Positions 36,629 to 46,809 of a stretch of 50,354 nt of DNA are shown piece by piece. Both the position numbers and the translations under genes were made by a program. This DNA comes from an uncultured Pelagibacteraceae bacterium (lineage in GTDB: Bacteria > Pseudomonadota > Alphaproteobacteria > Pelagibacterales > Pelagibacteraceae). The notes beneath the pieces were generated by a model. The model ran no database searches and was not told the origin of the DNA. It was given only the letters and a program-made list of their open reading frames with translations. The DNA is taken from NCBI GenBank assembly GCA_905612535.1, contig CAJQSJ010000008.1, positions 1 to 50,354 of the forward strand, given 5' to 3'. Position 1 is the first letter of the stretch, and each line of letters opens with the position of its first letter.

Positions 36629-37480
36629 ATGTCTAAGTACCAAGTAGAAACTTTTTATACATGTTCTTTTAAAATCGTTCATAAACTTGATGAATTAAAT
36701 GAAAAGAAGCTCTCAGAACTTCAAGGACGCAATGATGGAGAAATCAAAATTATTGACGTAAAGTTAAATAATAGAAAAACCAAAAAACTTAATGGGAATG
36801 ATAAAAATCATAATGAGCCTGTAGAAAATGAAAATAGTCTCAATAAAATTTCAGATATTGTAAATAGTGCAGTCAGTAAGAACAAAGATTTAAATGAATC
36901 ACTCATTGATGATTCTGGCGCCACAAATAATACGGTGGTGAGTATTAATAACAGATCAAAAATGCCTGACAGACGAAAAGGTTATATTCAAAAAATCACA
37001 ATTGCTGATCATAAAATTTATCTACATACAGGAGAATATGATGATGGAAAAGTTGGTGAAATATTTATAGATATGAATAAAGAGGGTGAATTGGTGAGAT
37101 CATTAATGAATAACTTTGCAATAGCGATTTCATTAGGATTGCAATATGGGGTTCCTCTAGATGAATATGTTGATGCGTTTATAGAGACAAAATTTGAACC
37201 ATCGGGAGAGATAAAAGGAAATGACAGAATATTAAATGCATCATCAATTTTAGATTATATATTCAGGGAATTAGCAATATCCTATCTGGGTAGAGAAGAT
37301 TTAGCTCACACCCCTTCAATTTCAAAAAGTTCTGATCAACAATATATTAGTGGTGAAGAAGAAGATAATTTTTTAAAGTTGGTAAAAGATATTACAAGTA
37401 AAGGTTTTGTAAGAAGCAATTACAAAGATAAGCTTGTAGATTTAAGCAATGTTAGAATAAATTTGAAAAGCAAAAAATAA
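36629..37480 (+). CDS. Stand-alone NrdJ-C-terminal-like / TSCPD-type domain protein with a low-complexity N-terminal half
   Basis: Residues ~115-230 ([82 protein letters not shown]...[11 protein letters not shown]) align by eye with the C-terminal block of class II (B12-dependent) ribonucleotide reductases. The track start is TTG at 36620. ATG at 36629 lies 10 nt after a GGAG and is preferred. Confidence 0.6.
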   Translation: MSKYQVETFYTCSFKIVHKLDELNEKKLSELQGRNDGEIKIIDVKLNNRKTKKLNGNDKNHNEPVENENSLNKISDIVNSAVSKNKDLNESLIDDSGATNNTVVSINNRSKMPDRRKGYIQKITIADHKIYLHTGEYDDGKVGEIFIDMNKEGELVRSLMNNFAIAISLGLQYGVPLDEYVDAFIETKFEPSGEIKGNDRILNASSILDYIFRELAISYLGREDLAHTPSISKSSDQQYISGEEEDNFLKLVKDITSKGFVRSNYKDKLVDLSNVRINLKSKK

Positions 37481-37484
37481 GTTA

Positions 37485-39272
37485 TTATTTATTTTTTACT
37501 ATTTTTTTAATATTAAGTTCTTTAAGTTGTTCATCGCTAACAAACGAAGGGGCTCCCATTAATAAATCTTCAGCATTCTGATTCATGGGAAACATTGTAA
37601 CTTCTCTTATATTTTTTTCGTTAGCTAAAAGCATCACAATTCTATCTAATCCTGGTGCTATACCACCATGAGGAGGCGCTCCATAACTTAAGGCATTAAT
37701 CATACCGCTAAACTTTTCATCAACATCTTTTTTAGCGTATCCGGCTATTAAGAATAATTTGTACATTAGTTCCGGTATATGGTTCCTAATAGCGCCAGAA
37801 GAGAGCTCTATGCCATTGCATACTAAGTCGTACTGGTATGCTTTAATATCTAATGGTTTATCAAAATTTAATTTTTTAACATCTCCCTGTGGCATTGAAA
37901 AAGGGTTGTGGCTAAATTTTACTTTTTTTGTAATATCATCTAGTTCAAACATTGGATAATTAACTATCCAACAAAAAGCAAATTTGTTTTCGTCTATTAA
38001 ATCTAAGTTTTTAGCAATTTTGTCTCTAGCTAAAGAAGAGATTTTTTCTACATCTTTAATTTTTCCACATGCAAGAAAAATACTATCTCCTTCAACGGCA
38101 GATGTAATTTTCATGATTTCGTTTAAAGAATTTTCTGAAAAAAACTTTCCAACAGGTCCTTTGGCTAATATTTTTTTATTTTTTTCAATTGTAAAATACG
38201 CTAAACCTGAAGCACCTTCTTTTTTTGCCCATTTATCAATGTTATCAAAAAAACTTCTAGGTTTGTCTTTAGTGTTTTTTGCTACAATGCACCTTACTTT
38301 TGAACCTGATTTAACAAGTTTTTTAAAAATTTCAAACTTAACGTCATCACGAGTAAAAATACTTGTTAAGTCATAAATTAATAAAGGGTTTCTTAAATCC
38401 GGTTTATCAGTACCATATCTAAGCATAACATCATCATAAGAAATTTTTGGAAATTTATCATTTAATAATTCTTTAACAGAAAATTTTTTAAATAGGTTAA
38501 TCATTAACTTCTCAACTACTTCAAATATATCTTCTTGTTCAACAAACGACATTTCTAAATCTAGTTGATAAAATTCTCCAGGGCTTCTGTCTGCTCTCGA
38601 GTCTTCATCTCGGAAGCAGGGTGCTATTTGAAAATATTTATCAAATCCAGAAACCATAATTAATTGTTTAAACTGCTGGGGCGCTTGAGGTAAAGCATAA
38701 AATTTTCCCGGATTTAACCTACTTGGAACTAAAAAATCCCTTGCTCCTTCTGGACTTGAAGATGTTAAAATTGGAGTTTGAAATTCTAAAAAATCTAACT
38801 TTGACATTTCATTTCTTATAAATGAAATTATTTTAGATCTTAAAATAATATTCTCATGTATTTTTTTTCTCCTTAAATCTAAAAATCTATACTTAAGTCT
38901 TATTTCTTCAGAATATTCTTGATCGCTAAAAACTGGCATCGGCAATTCTTTACAAGTACCAAGAATTTCAAAAAAATTAATATTAACTTCAATTTCCCCC
39001 GTTTTAAGATCTGGGTTAATTGTTTCTCTGCTTCTTGTGACTACTTTACCAATTACTTTTATAACGCTTTCTAATTGAATTTTTTCTAATTCTTCAAAGC
39101 ATGGATTGCTTTTATCAACTATACACTGGGTTATTCCGTAGTTGTCTCTTAAATCGATAAACAAAAGATTGCCATGGTCACGTTTTTTATTTATCCAACC
39201 AGATAATAAAATATCTTTATCCTTACTATCTTTTGTAAGTTCGTTGCAGTTATGAGTTCTATATTTTTGCAA
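37485..39272 (-). CDS. aspS: Aspartate--tRNA ligase (bacterial type, with GAD insertion domain)
   Basis: 595 aa. OB-fold N-terminus, class II motifs FYQLDLEMSF, PCFRDED, GGIAPGLDR. Confidence 0.96.
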   Translation of the reverse strand: MQKYRTHNCNELTKDSKDKDILLSGWINKKRDHGNLLFIDLRDNYGITQCIVDKSNPCFEELEKIQLESVIKVIGKVVTRSRETINPDLKTGEIEVNINFFEILGTCKELPMPVFSDQEYSEEIRLKYRFLDLRRKKIHENIILRSKIISFIRNEMSKLDFLEFQTPILTSSSPEGARDFLVPSRLNPGKFYALPQAPQQFKQLIMVSGFDKYFQIAPCFRDEDSRADRSPGEFYQLDLEMSFVEQEDIFEVVEKLMINLFKKFSVKELLNDKFPKISYDDVMLRYGTDKPDLRNPLLIYDLTSIFTRDDVKFEIFKKLVKSGSKVRCIVAKNTKDKPRSFFDNIDKWAKKEGASGLAYFTIEKNKKILAKGPVGKFFSENSLNEIMKITSAVEGDSIFLACGKIKDVEKISSLARDKIAKNLDLIDENKFAFCWIVNYPMFELDDITKKVKFSHNPFSMPQGDVKKLNFDKPLDIKAYQYDLVCNGIELSSGAIRNHIPELMYKLFLIAGYAKKDVDEKFSGMINALSYGAPPHGGIAPGLDRIVMLLANEKNIREVTMFPMNQNAEDLLMGAPSFVSDEQLKELNIKKIVKNK

Positions 39273-39290
39273 AATTATTCCTTTTAGAAA

Positions 39291-39950
39291 TTATATCATT
39301 TTTATGACTTCTTTGATTAATTTTAAATTAATAGGATTCCCCTTTTTTAATGAATATTTATCTAATATAGAAATAAACTTTGATATATTTTCATAAGATC
39401 TATCAATTCTTTTTATAATATAATCAATTTGTTTTTTTTCAACTTTAATTTGTTTATCAGAAAAATTCTTAGCAAGAATTACGCCAATTAGATCATCGTT
39501 TGGAAGTTTAATCCCAATACTTATACAGCTATTAACTCTAGATTTAAGGTCAGGTAATATAAAGCTATAGGAGTTAATGGGTTTATAAGAAGTTATTAAT
39601 AAATATTTATTATCCTGAAGTGCTGTATTCCAAATTGAAAAGAGAATCTCTTCAGAGACAGATTCGTTTAAGTTTTCAATTATTAAAGCTTCTTTTGTTT
39701 TATATTTAAATAAAATTTTATCATCTAGCTCAATTGACTGCGTTTCAAGTATTGATGTTTTGTTTTTTAAAATAGATGCTATATGAGTTTTTCCTGAACC
39801 ATTTGGTCCAAATACATTTACTATTCGTTTATACCACTTGGGCCAACTATTTATAAAATCATATGCTTCTTTATTGCTAGACGATACATAAAAATCCTCT
39901 TGAAGATAGACATTATTAGAAGGAAATTTTAAAATTAATTGATCATTCAT
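39291..39950 (-). CDS. hdaA: DnaA-related regulatory inactivator (Hda/HdaA-like AAA+ protein)
   Basis: 219 aa. Walker A FGPNGSGKTH, short DnaA-domain-III-like body, and the typical Hda size. Confidence 0.68.
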   Translation of the reverse strand: MNDQLILKFPSNNVYLQEDFYVSSSNKEAYDFINSWPKWYKRIVNVFGPNGSGKTHIASILKNKTSILETQSIELDDKILFKYKTKEALIIENLNESVSEEILFSIWNTALQDNKYLLITSYKPINSYSFILPDLKSRVNSCISIGIKLPNDDLIGVILAKNFSDKQIKVEKKQIDYIIKRIDRSYENISKFISILDKYSLKKGNPINLKLIKEVIKMI

Positions 39951-41022
39951 AAAAAATTATTTCCCATTGACCTTGATTATCTTTTAAGTCGTATCCAAAT
40001 TTATTTAATTCTAACTTTAACCGTTTTGGCGTTCCATAATAATAAATTTTAAAATAAGAGTAATTTATATCAAATTTTTTAAACAAATAATTATTGATTA
40101 TATTAACATCATATAAATTATTTTTTAAATTTTCTAAATTGCTTTTATTTATATGGTTAAATTTAACATTAATCGATAATGGCATAAGCAAATTTACAAA
40201 ATTAATCTCTTTCCAAATATCCTCAATTTTAATTTTAAGATCAGCAACTATATAAGTAAGTTTTTCTTCATCATCTAAACTAGCAATTTTGTATGATAAG
40301 TTTTTATTAATTTTGATTCCTTCTAAAAGTGTCTTAACATGAACTTTCAATAATCCACTTTCGAAATTAATAAATAAAAATACATAGTTCTCTTCGTTAT
40401 AATTGTTAGCTATTTGTTTTATACTTACGTCATCAATTGTATTTTTCATTTTTTCTATTCTTGAAAGATCCTCCAAGTCTTCAAGGGGCAAAATGAATTC
40501 AATAAGTTCATTTTTTGTACCCTTACTCCATTCACGATAAAAATAATTTTCTTGGAAGTTTTTAATTTCATTTTCTATAAAAAGCGCAGGTATAATTACA
40601 ACTCTAATTTTTTTGGATTGTGAATAAGAAATTCTTTTCTTGATTAGCATATCTTTAATTTTTTTTTCATTAAAAAATATTTTAAATTTAATTTCATATT
40701 TACCTTCATAATAATCTTCATCTAAAACTTGAAAGCTATTTATTAAATATTTTATGTCCTTTGTTTTGATGTTTTTTATTTTTGTTAAATCGCTTGATAC
40801 TAGAATTTTTGACATTAGCATTTTAAAGGATTTGTTTAATGCTCTATTTATGTAGTTATCTCTATTAAAATTTTTTTCAATTAGTCCTTTTATTACAACT
40901 TCCTCTACAGTAAAAATATTTTCTTGCGGAAAAGCTTTTGAAAATGAAATGGTTAATAATATAGTTGCTGTAAAAATAATAAAAATATATTGTCTTAAGC
41001 GTTGTTTTAAATACTTTGACAT
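39943..41022 (-). CDS. Secreted/periplasmic hypothetical protein, translationally coupled to hdaA
   Basis: 359 aa. N-terminal signal/anchor IFIIFTATILLTISFSKAF. No catalytic motif seen. Its 3' end overlaps the hdaA start by 8 nt. Position between hda and purM recalls DUF2066 genes of gammaproteobacteria (recollection, not verified). Confidence 0.4.
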   Translation of the reverse strand: MSKYLKQRLRQYIFIIFTATILLTISFSKAFPQENIFTVEEVVIKGLIEKNFNRDNYINRALNKSFKMLMSKILVSSDLTKIKNIKTKDIKYLINSFQVLDEDYYEGKYEIKFKIFFNEKKIKDMLIKKRISYSQSKKIRVVIIPALFIENEIKNFQENYFYREWSKGTKNELIEFILPLEDLEDLSRIEKMKNTIDDVSIKQIANNYNEENYVFLFINFESGLLKVHVKTLLEGIKINKNLSYKIASLDDEEKLTYIVADLKIKIEDIWKEINFVNLLMPLSINVKFNHINKSNLENLKNNLYDVNIINNYLFKKFDINYSYFKIYYYGTPKRLKLELNKFGYDLKDNQGQWEIIFYE

Positions 41023-41037
41023 TAAAATAAATCTCTC

Positions 41038-42078
41038 ATGAAAAATAACTACAATACTTATAAAAAAAGCGGTGTTAATATGGCAGCTGCCGATAAGTTA
41101 ATAGATTACATAGCTAAAGTATCAAGAAAAACTAACAAAAAATATAAAGAAAATAAAAATTTTAAAAATATTGGAGGTTTTGGATCAATATTCGACATGT
41201 CCAAGCTAAATATGAAAAACCCCATTATTGTTTCATCAACAGATGGAGTTGGAACAAAGCTTGAGCTTGCAAATCAGGCGAAGCGATTTAATACGATAGG
41301 TATAGATCTGGTTGCAATGTGTGTTAATGATTTAATTGTCCAGGGGGCAAAACCGCTTTTTTTCCTAGACTACATTGCGGTAGATAAATTAAGATTAAAT
41401 AAAGTTAAAAAGATTCTGGATGGAATAGTTGCTGGTTGTAAGTTGGCAGAATGCTCATTAGTAGGTGGTGAAACAGCGGAGATGCCAGGAACTTATGAAA
41501 AAAACAAGTTTGACTTAGCTGGTTTTGCAATAGGTGTCGTTGAAAAAAAAAATTTACTTACTAAAGATAAAGTCAAAAATAACGATGTAGTTTTAGCTAT
41601 ACCATCTTCAGGTTTACATTCAAACGGTTTTTCTTTAGTTAGAGATATATTAAAAAAAAATTCAAAAGTTCCATCAAATATTAAAAAAGAATTACTAAAA
41701 CCGACAAAAATTTATGTAAAAGAGCTTAATAAGATAAATAAAAAAAAACTAATTAGTGGGTGCGCAAATATAACTGGTGGTGGTCTTTTAAATAATTTGT
41801 TAAGAGTTATTCCAAACAACCTTTGTGTAAATATTAATCTCACGAAAATAAAAACAAAACCTGTTTTTAGTTGGCTTAAGACTAAAAAAATAACGGATTC
41901 TGAAATGTTGAAAACGTTCAATTGCGGAGTTGGGTTTTGCTTAATTACAAACAAAAATAAAGTCAATTTAATTAAAAAGTTTTTTTCTAAAGAGTATGAA
42001 CCGTATGAAATTGGCTTTTTGTCAAATGAAAAACATAGAATTATTACATCAGGTAAACTCGAATGGATAAAAAAGTAA
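41038..42078 (+). CDS. purM: Phosphoribosylformylglycinamidine cyclo-ligase (AIR synthetase)
   Basis: 346 aa. YKKSGVN, SSTDGVGTKL, DLVAMCVNDLIVQGAKPLFFLDY, GGETAEMPG blocks. Confidence 0.95.
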   Translation: MKNNYNTYKKSGVNMAAADKLIDYIAKVSRKTNKKYKENKNFKNIGGFGSIFDMSKLNMKNPIIVSSTDGVGTKLELANQAKRFNTIGIDLVAMCVNDLIVQGAKPLFFLDYIAVDKLRLNKVKKILDGIVAGCKLAECSLVGGETAEMPGTYEKNKFDLAGFAIGVVEKKNLLTKDKVKNNDVVLAIPSSGLHSNGFSLVRDILKKNSKVPSNIKKELLKPTKIYVKELNKINKKKLISGCANITGGGLLNNLLRVIPNNLCVNINLTKIKTKPVFSWLKTKKITDSEMLKTFNCGVGFCLITNKNKVNLIKKFFSKEYEPYEIGFLSNEKHRIITSGKLEWIKK

Positions 42079-42626
42079 AGTCATGTGTTTTCATCTCGGG
42101 TAACGGTACCAACCTAAGCTATATAATAAAAAACTCGAGGAGTTATAATTTTCCAATTAACGTAGGTCTAATAATCACTAATAATAATAAAGCAAAAGGT
42201 CTTAATATTGCAAAAAAAAATAATATTCCTTTTATATACATCCCTTATAAGAGTAAGGGTTATTTTGAAAGAGTTTGTCTATTTGAGTTAAGAAAAAAAA
42301 ATATTAAATTTTTATGTTTGGGCGGTTTTATGAAAATTTTATCTGATAAATTTATTAAATCTTTTAATGGTAAAATAATAAATATACACCCTTCACTACT
42401 TCCAAAATATAAAGGTTTAAACACATACAAAAAGGTTTTAGAAAATAAAGAGATTTATTCTGGCTGCACGGTACACTACGTAACCAAAAAATTAGATTCA
42501 GGAAAAATTATTTTGCAAAAAAAATTTTTGGTTGCTAAAAATGAAACTGAAGAATCTCTTAAATTGAAAACCTTAAACAAAGAATACTTATTATATTCGC
42601 AGTCAATAATATCAATATTTAAATAA
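42063..42626 (+). CDS. purN: Phosphoribosylglycinamide formyltransferase
   Basis: 187 aa. SGNGTNL, INIHPSLLPKYKG, GCTVHYV, LDSGKII motifs. Overlaps purM by 16 nt. Confidence 0.92.
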   Translation: MDKKVKSCVFISGNGTNLSYIIKNSRSYNFPINVGLIITNNNKAKGLNIAKKNNIPFIYIPYKSKGYFERVCLFELRKKNIKFLCLGGFMKILSDKFIKSFNGKIINIHPSLLPKYKGLNTYKKVLENKEIYSGCTVHYVTKKLDSGKIILQKKFLVAKNETEESLKLKTLNKEYLLYSQSIISIFK

Positions 42627-42630
42627 CTAT

Positions 42631-43032
42631 TTACTTAAAAAAAAACTTTATCTCGCTTGTGGCATTTTCAAGACTGTCAGAACCGTGTACTGAATTTTTA
42701 TCAATTGATAGGCCGTACATTTTTCTTAGAGATCCGTCATTTGCTTTTATAGGATCTGTGGCTCCCATTAATTCTCTATTTTTTAATATAGCATTTTCAC
42801 CCTCTAATATTATTACAACTATTGCCCCAGATGATAAATAATTGCATAAATCGTTATAAAATGGCTTTGTTTGGTGAACTTTATAAAATTCTTCTGCTTC
42901 CTCTTTTGAAATTTTTACTTTTTTACTATCAGCAATTTTTAAATTATTTTTTATGAAAAAGTCTTTAATTTCTTTCTCTAAATTTCTTTCAACAGCGTCT
43001 GGTTTAATAATTGATAAGGTTTGTTCTGTCAT
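42631..43032 (-). CDS. ndk: Nucleoside-diphosphate kinase
   Basis: 133 aa. TLSIIKPDAV, GATDP, catalytic His in NSVHGSDS. Confidence 0.96.
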   Translation of the reverse strand: MTEQTLSIIKPDAVERNLEKEIKDFFIKNNLKIADSKKVKISKEEAEEFYKVHQTKPFYNDLCNYLSSGAIVVIILEGENAILKNRELMGATDPIKANDGSLRKMYGLSIDKNSVHGSDSLENATSEIKFFFK

Positions 43033-43034
43033 TG

Positions 43035-44519
43035 TTATTCAAAGTATTTTTTTACTAATTTATTTAATAGTCTTACGCCAAAACCTGTAGCACCTCCAGC
43101 ATTTAAACTTGCAGCTTTTTTAGAAAAAGCCATTCCAGCAATATCTAAGTGTGCCCACGGTGTTTTATTTAGTATAAATCTCTGCAGGAATTGGGCAGCA
43201 GTAATTGAACCGGCTCCTCCTGCATAATTAATATTCTGCATATCTGCTATTTGTGAGTTAATAAGCTTATCATAATTCTTATGTAGTGGTAATCTCCAAA
43301 CTTTTTCATTAACAATTTCTCCTGATTTAAATATTTTTTTAGACAATTCATCATCGTTAGAAAATAATCCCGCATACTCTTCACCTAAACTAACGATTAT
43401 CGCACCTGTTAAAGTTGCTAAATCAATTATAAATTTTGGTTTGTATTTTTTTTCAGTAAAACTAAGAGCGTCAGCCAAAACTAACCTTCCTTCGGCATCT
43501 GTATTTAAAACTTCTATTGTTTTTCCAGAATAAGATTTAACAATATCACCAGGTCTTTGAGCGTTTCCACCAGGCATATTTTCAACTAGACCAACAACTC
43601 CGACGGCATTCACTTTAGCCTTTCTCAAGGCAAAAGATTTTAACAGACCAACGACTACTGCAGATCCAGCCATATCATATTTCATTTCTTCCATAAACTT
43701 AGCAGGTTTTAAAGAGATTCCACCGGTGTCAAAACAAACGCCTTTTCCCACGAACGCTAAGGGTTTCTTTTTATTTTTTTTATTTCCAGTCCACTCTATT
43801 GTGACTAGATATGTTTCGTTTACACTGCCTTGCCCAACACCTAACAACGCATTAAGTCCAAGTTTTTTTAATTCCTTTTCGTCATATGATTTGACCTTTA
43901 ATCCAATTTTAGATAATTTTTTAATTTCTAGCATATAGGCTTTAGGGTTTAGTACATTTGGTGGTTCCGACACCAAATTTCTGGCTAAAAATACACCCTC
44001 CTTTATTGCTTCATAATACTTATATTCTTCTTCTAAATTCTTAATATCAGATGTCAAAACATTATAATCAATTTTATTACTAATTTTATTTTTTTGAGTT
44101 TTGTATTTATTAAATTCATAACTTTTTAAAGAAAAACCAAATAAAAACTCAGAGAAAAACTTAGATTTTTTTTCTTTGCTGAAGTCTGCCGTATCAATAC
44201 AAAATTGAATTTTTTTAATACTTTTGTTTTTTTTCAAATATACAAAAAAATCTGCCCCTTTTTCTTCAGTATAATTATTTTCATTTTTATCATTAAGTTT
44301 AACAATGAAACATTTTTGTTGATTTGAGATATCAAAAGAGGTTATTTCATCGTCATTTTTTCTTGTTTTTAAGGCTCTTATAAATGAATCTATTTTTTGA
44401 GATATTTTTTTTGACAAAATATTCTTTTCATCTCTATATTCGAGCTTTTCTGACACAAATATGACAAATCCATCGTTATTAGGACTTAAACTGCTTGTAA
44501 AATTAACCATTTTCTCCAT
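43035..44519 (-). CDS. pepA: Leucyl aminopeptidase (M17)
   Basis: 494 aa. VGKGVCFDTGGISLKP, MKYDMAGSA, NTDAEGRLVLAD, and the conserved divergent arrangement with lptF-lptG. Confidence 0.95.
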   Translation of the reverse strand: MEKMVNFTSSLSPNNDGFVIFVSEKLEYRDEKNILSKKISQKIDSFIRALKTRKNDDEITSFDISNQQKCFIVKLNDKNENNYTEEKGADFFVYLKKNKSIKKIQFCIDTADFSKEKKSKFFSEFLFGFSLKSYEFNKYKTQKNKISNKIDYNVLTSDIKNLEEEYKYYEAIKEGVFLARNLVSEPPNVLNPKAYMLEIKKLSKIGLKVKSYDEKELKKLGLNALLGVGQGSVNETYLVTIEWTGNKKNKKKPLAFVGKGVCFDTGGISLKPAKFMEEMKYDMAGSAVVVGLLKSFALRKAKVNAVGVVGLVENMPGGNAQRPGDIVKSYSGKTIEVLNTDAEGRLVLADALSFTEKKYKPKFIIDLATLTGAIIVSLGEEYAGLFSNDDELSKKIFKSGEIVNEKVWRLPLHKNYDKLINSQIADMQNINYAGGAGSITAAQFLQRFILNKTPWAHLDIAGMAFSKKAASLNAGGATGFGVRLLNKLVKKYFE

Positions 44520-44582
44520 TTTTCACGTAAAAATTGAATTCTATGTAAAGTTGTTTTATTAACTATATAACAATTACTTACA

Positions 44583-45713
44583 ATGAATAATAGAGTTTAT
44601 AAATATTTTTTTTACGAATTTTTACGTTACTTTTTAATCGTCCTTTTCGCAATTTGTGCAATATTATGGACTATTCAAGCTGTAAATTTTCTAGACTTAG
44701 TCACGGAAGATGGTCATGCCTTTGGAATCTACACTTTTTACTCGTTTCTATTAATTCCAAAAATAATAACTAAGCTAATACCATTTGCTTTTTTAATCTC
44801 TTTAATGATTACGATTAATAAGCTTGAAAAGGATAATGAGCTAATTGCTCTTTGGACGTCCGGATTAAATAAAATTTATATTGTTCATCTAATATTTAAG
44901 ATTTCGTTATTTATAGCGATGATTCAAATTCTTTTTACTGCTTTTATCACTCCCGAAACATTAAATACGTCAAGATCCGTACTCAAAAATTCTCAACTCC
45001 AATTTATTCCTTCGCTTTTAAAAGAAAAGGTTTTTAACGATAGTGTTAAAGGGCTTACAATATTTGTTGAAAGAAAAAACACTGACGGTTCTTTTAAAAA
45101 TATTTTTATTGAAGATGAAGGTAAAGCATTAACTGCAATTTCAACCGACGAAAGTGGTTCGACTATTTTTGCAAAATCAGGATATGTTGCTTCTGATGAT
45201 AAAAGTTTAGTGTTATACAATGGTAGCATACAAAAAAATAACCTAGAAAAAGAAATAAGCATAGTAAGATTTGAAAAAACTGTCATTGATCTATCTGCAC
45301 TATCGACAAAAACAATCACTGCACCAAAAATTCAAGAGACATCTTCAAAAGATATTTTCATTTGTATTAAAACTAAAGATCAGAATAAAAATAACTGTAA
45401 TGCGGAATTAGATTTCCAAAAAGATCTGATGATTGAAGTTAATAAAAGATTTGGAACACCGTTTTACATACCAGTAATTGGATTAATAATTTCTTTTTTA
45501 TTATCTACACGAAAAGATAAAAAAATATCTTTATACAATAAAAATATTTTTCCTGCATTAAGTTTTGCAATGCTTGTGTGTTCAGAAATATCAGTAAGAT
45601 ATTCTGGCTTTTCTTTAAACAATACCCTAATTTATTATATAATTCCTATTGGGATGCTTCCGCTTACTTATTTGCTTTTAGTGAGAACTTTTAAATATGA
45701 AAATTTAAATTAG
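44583..45713 (+). CDS. lptF: LPS export ABC transporter permease LptF (YjgP/YjgQ family)
   Basis: 376 aa. 3+3 TM helices flanking a periplasmic beta-jellyroll-sized loop. Divergent from pepA and followed by the paralogous lptG. Confidence 0.85.
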   Translation: MNNRVYKYFFYEFLRYFLIVLFAICAILWTIQAVNFLDLVTEDGHAFGIYTFYSFLLIPKIITKLIPFAFLISLMITINKLEKDNELIALWTSGLNKIYIVHLIFKISLFIAMIQILFTAFITPETLNTSRSVLKNSQLQFIPSLLKEKVFNDSVKGLTIFVERKNTDGSFKNIFIEDEGKALTAISTDESGSTIFAKSGYVASDDKSLVLYNGSIQKNNLEKEISIVRFEKTVIDLSALSTKTITAPKIQETSSKDIFICIKTKDQNKNNCNAELDFQKDLMIEVNKRFGTPFYIPVIGLIISFLLSTRKDKKISLYNKNIFPALSFAMLVCSEISVRYSGFSLNNTLIYYIIPIGMLPLTYLLLVRTFKYENLN

Positions 45714-45717
45714 AAAA

Positions 45718-46809
45718 ATGATTAGAGCGTTTATAATTAATAAATATATAACTAAAGAATTTTTAAAAGTTATTATAAGTATAACTCTTGCATTTCTTTG
45801 CTTAGGTTTTGTTTTTAATTTATTTGAAGAAATTAATTTTTTTAAAGATTATAGCGTCGGGATTATAATGCCACTAGTTATGTCTGCTTTATTTGTTCCT
45901 AATATGGTTTATAATATATTTCCATTTATAATTTTATTGTCTGGGATTTCTTTTTTTTTAAAAATTAAGAAAACCGATGAAATTATAGCTATGAAATCAA
46001 ACGGTATGTCAAATTTATCTATAATTACAATTACCGGATTCATATCTTTGATTTTGGGGGTTTTTTTTGTAACCACTATTAATCCTATAACATCTATTTT
46101 AGTTAAAAAACATCAGGCAATACAAAGCTCATACGAACATGAAAAAGAATCTTTGGCCTCTGTTACAGCTAACGGAATATGGATAAAAGAACAGAAAGAT
46201 GAAAAAAGTTATATAATAAAATCTTCTAATTTAGAGAACGAAACATTAATGAATGTTAAAATATATGAATTTGATAGTGATTATAATTTTATTAGGATAA
46301 TTAAATCTAGCAAAGCTGACATTAAATCAAGTAAATGGAGGTTAGAAAAAACAACTTTTGCTGACTTTAACGGTAATTTCACTAATTACGGAGAAGATTT
46401 TTTTTATTATGAAAGCTTTTATGATTTAGAAAAGATAATAAGCTTGTACACAAATTTAGATACCGTTTCTTTTTGGGGTATTAAGAACCAAATTGAACTC
46501 TTAGAAGATAGAGGTTATTCCACAAAAGAAATGAAAGCAAAAATGCAAAGATCCTTTGCATTTCCATTTTTTTTATTAAGTATGCTTTTGCTGAGTGGCG
46601 TTTTTACATTAAGTGTAAATTTTAAGCAGGATAGATCTAAACACATATTTATTGCGATATTTGCAAGTGTTTTAATATTCTATTTTAATGATTTTTCAGC
46701 AGCCTTGGGAAAGACAGACAAATTGAGCGTAGAAGTTTCAGTTTGGATGCCAATTGTTATTATTTTTATTTTCAGCTCGATAGGAGTTTTGCATGCCAAC
46801 CAAAAATAA
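45718..46809 (+). CDS. lptG: LPS export ABC transporter permease LptG
   Basis: 363 aa. Same YjgP/YjgQ topology. Located 4 nt after lptF and overlaps lptD by 17 nt. Confidence 0.85.
   Translation: MIRAFIINKYITKEFLKVIISITLAFLCLGFVFNLFEEINFFKDYSVGIIMPLVMSALFVPNMVYNIFPFIILLSGISFFLKIKKTDEIIAMKSNGMSNLSIITITGFISLILGVFFVTTINPITSILVKKHQAIQSSYEHEKESLASVTANGIWIKEQKDEKSYIIKSSNLENETLMNVKIYEFDSDYNFIRIIKSSKADIKSSKWRLEKTTFADFNGNFTNYGEDFFYYESFYDLEKIISLYTNLDTVSFWGIKNQIELLEDRGYSTKEMKAKMQRSFAFPFFLLSMLLLSGVFTLSVNFKQDRSKHIFIAIFASVLIFYFNDFSAALGKTDKLSVEVSVWMPIVIIFIFSSIGVLHANQK

Noticed and set aside
3304-45319. All other short or antisense track ORFs nested inside larger genes. Examples: 3304..3654, 5165..5347, 5739..6122, 8850..9131, 11091..11315, 12842..13024, 13251..13601, 15326..15714, 16788..16976, 17411..17680, 21600..21866, 24677..26260, 26792..27112, 27916..30011, 31558..32031, 32572..32769, 33406..33612, 35942..36169, 37759..38376, 41712..41966, 42659..43227, 43726..43938, 44993..45319, 47379..47570 and 49370..49654.
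   Set aside because: Each overlaps, on the opposite strand or in another frame, a gene with strong family motifs. None shows motifs of its own. 8850..9131 additionally runs through the tRNA-Leu gene. Long antisense ORFs are expected where stop codons are depleted opposite Lys/Phe-rich coding sequence.
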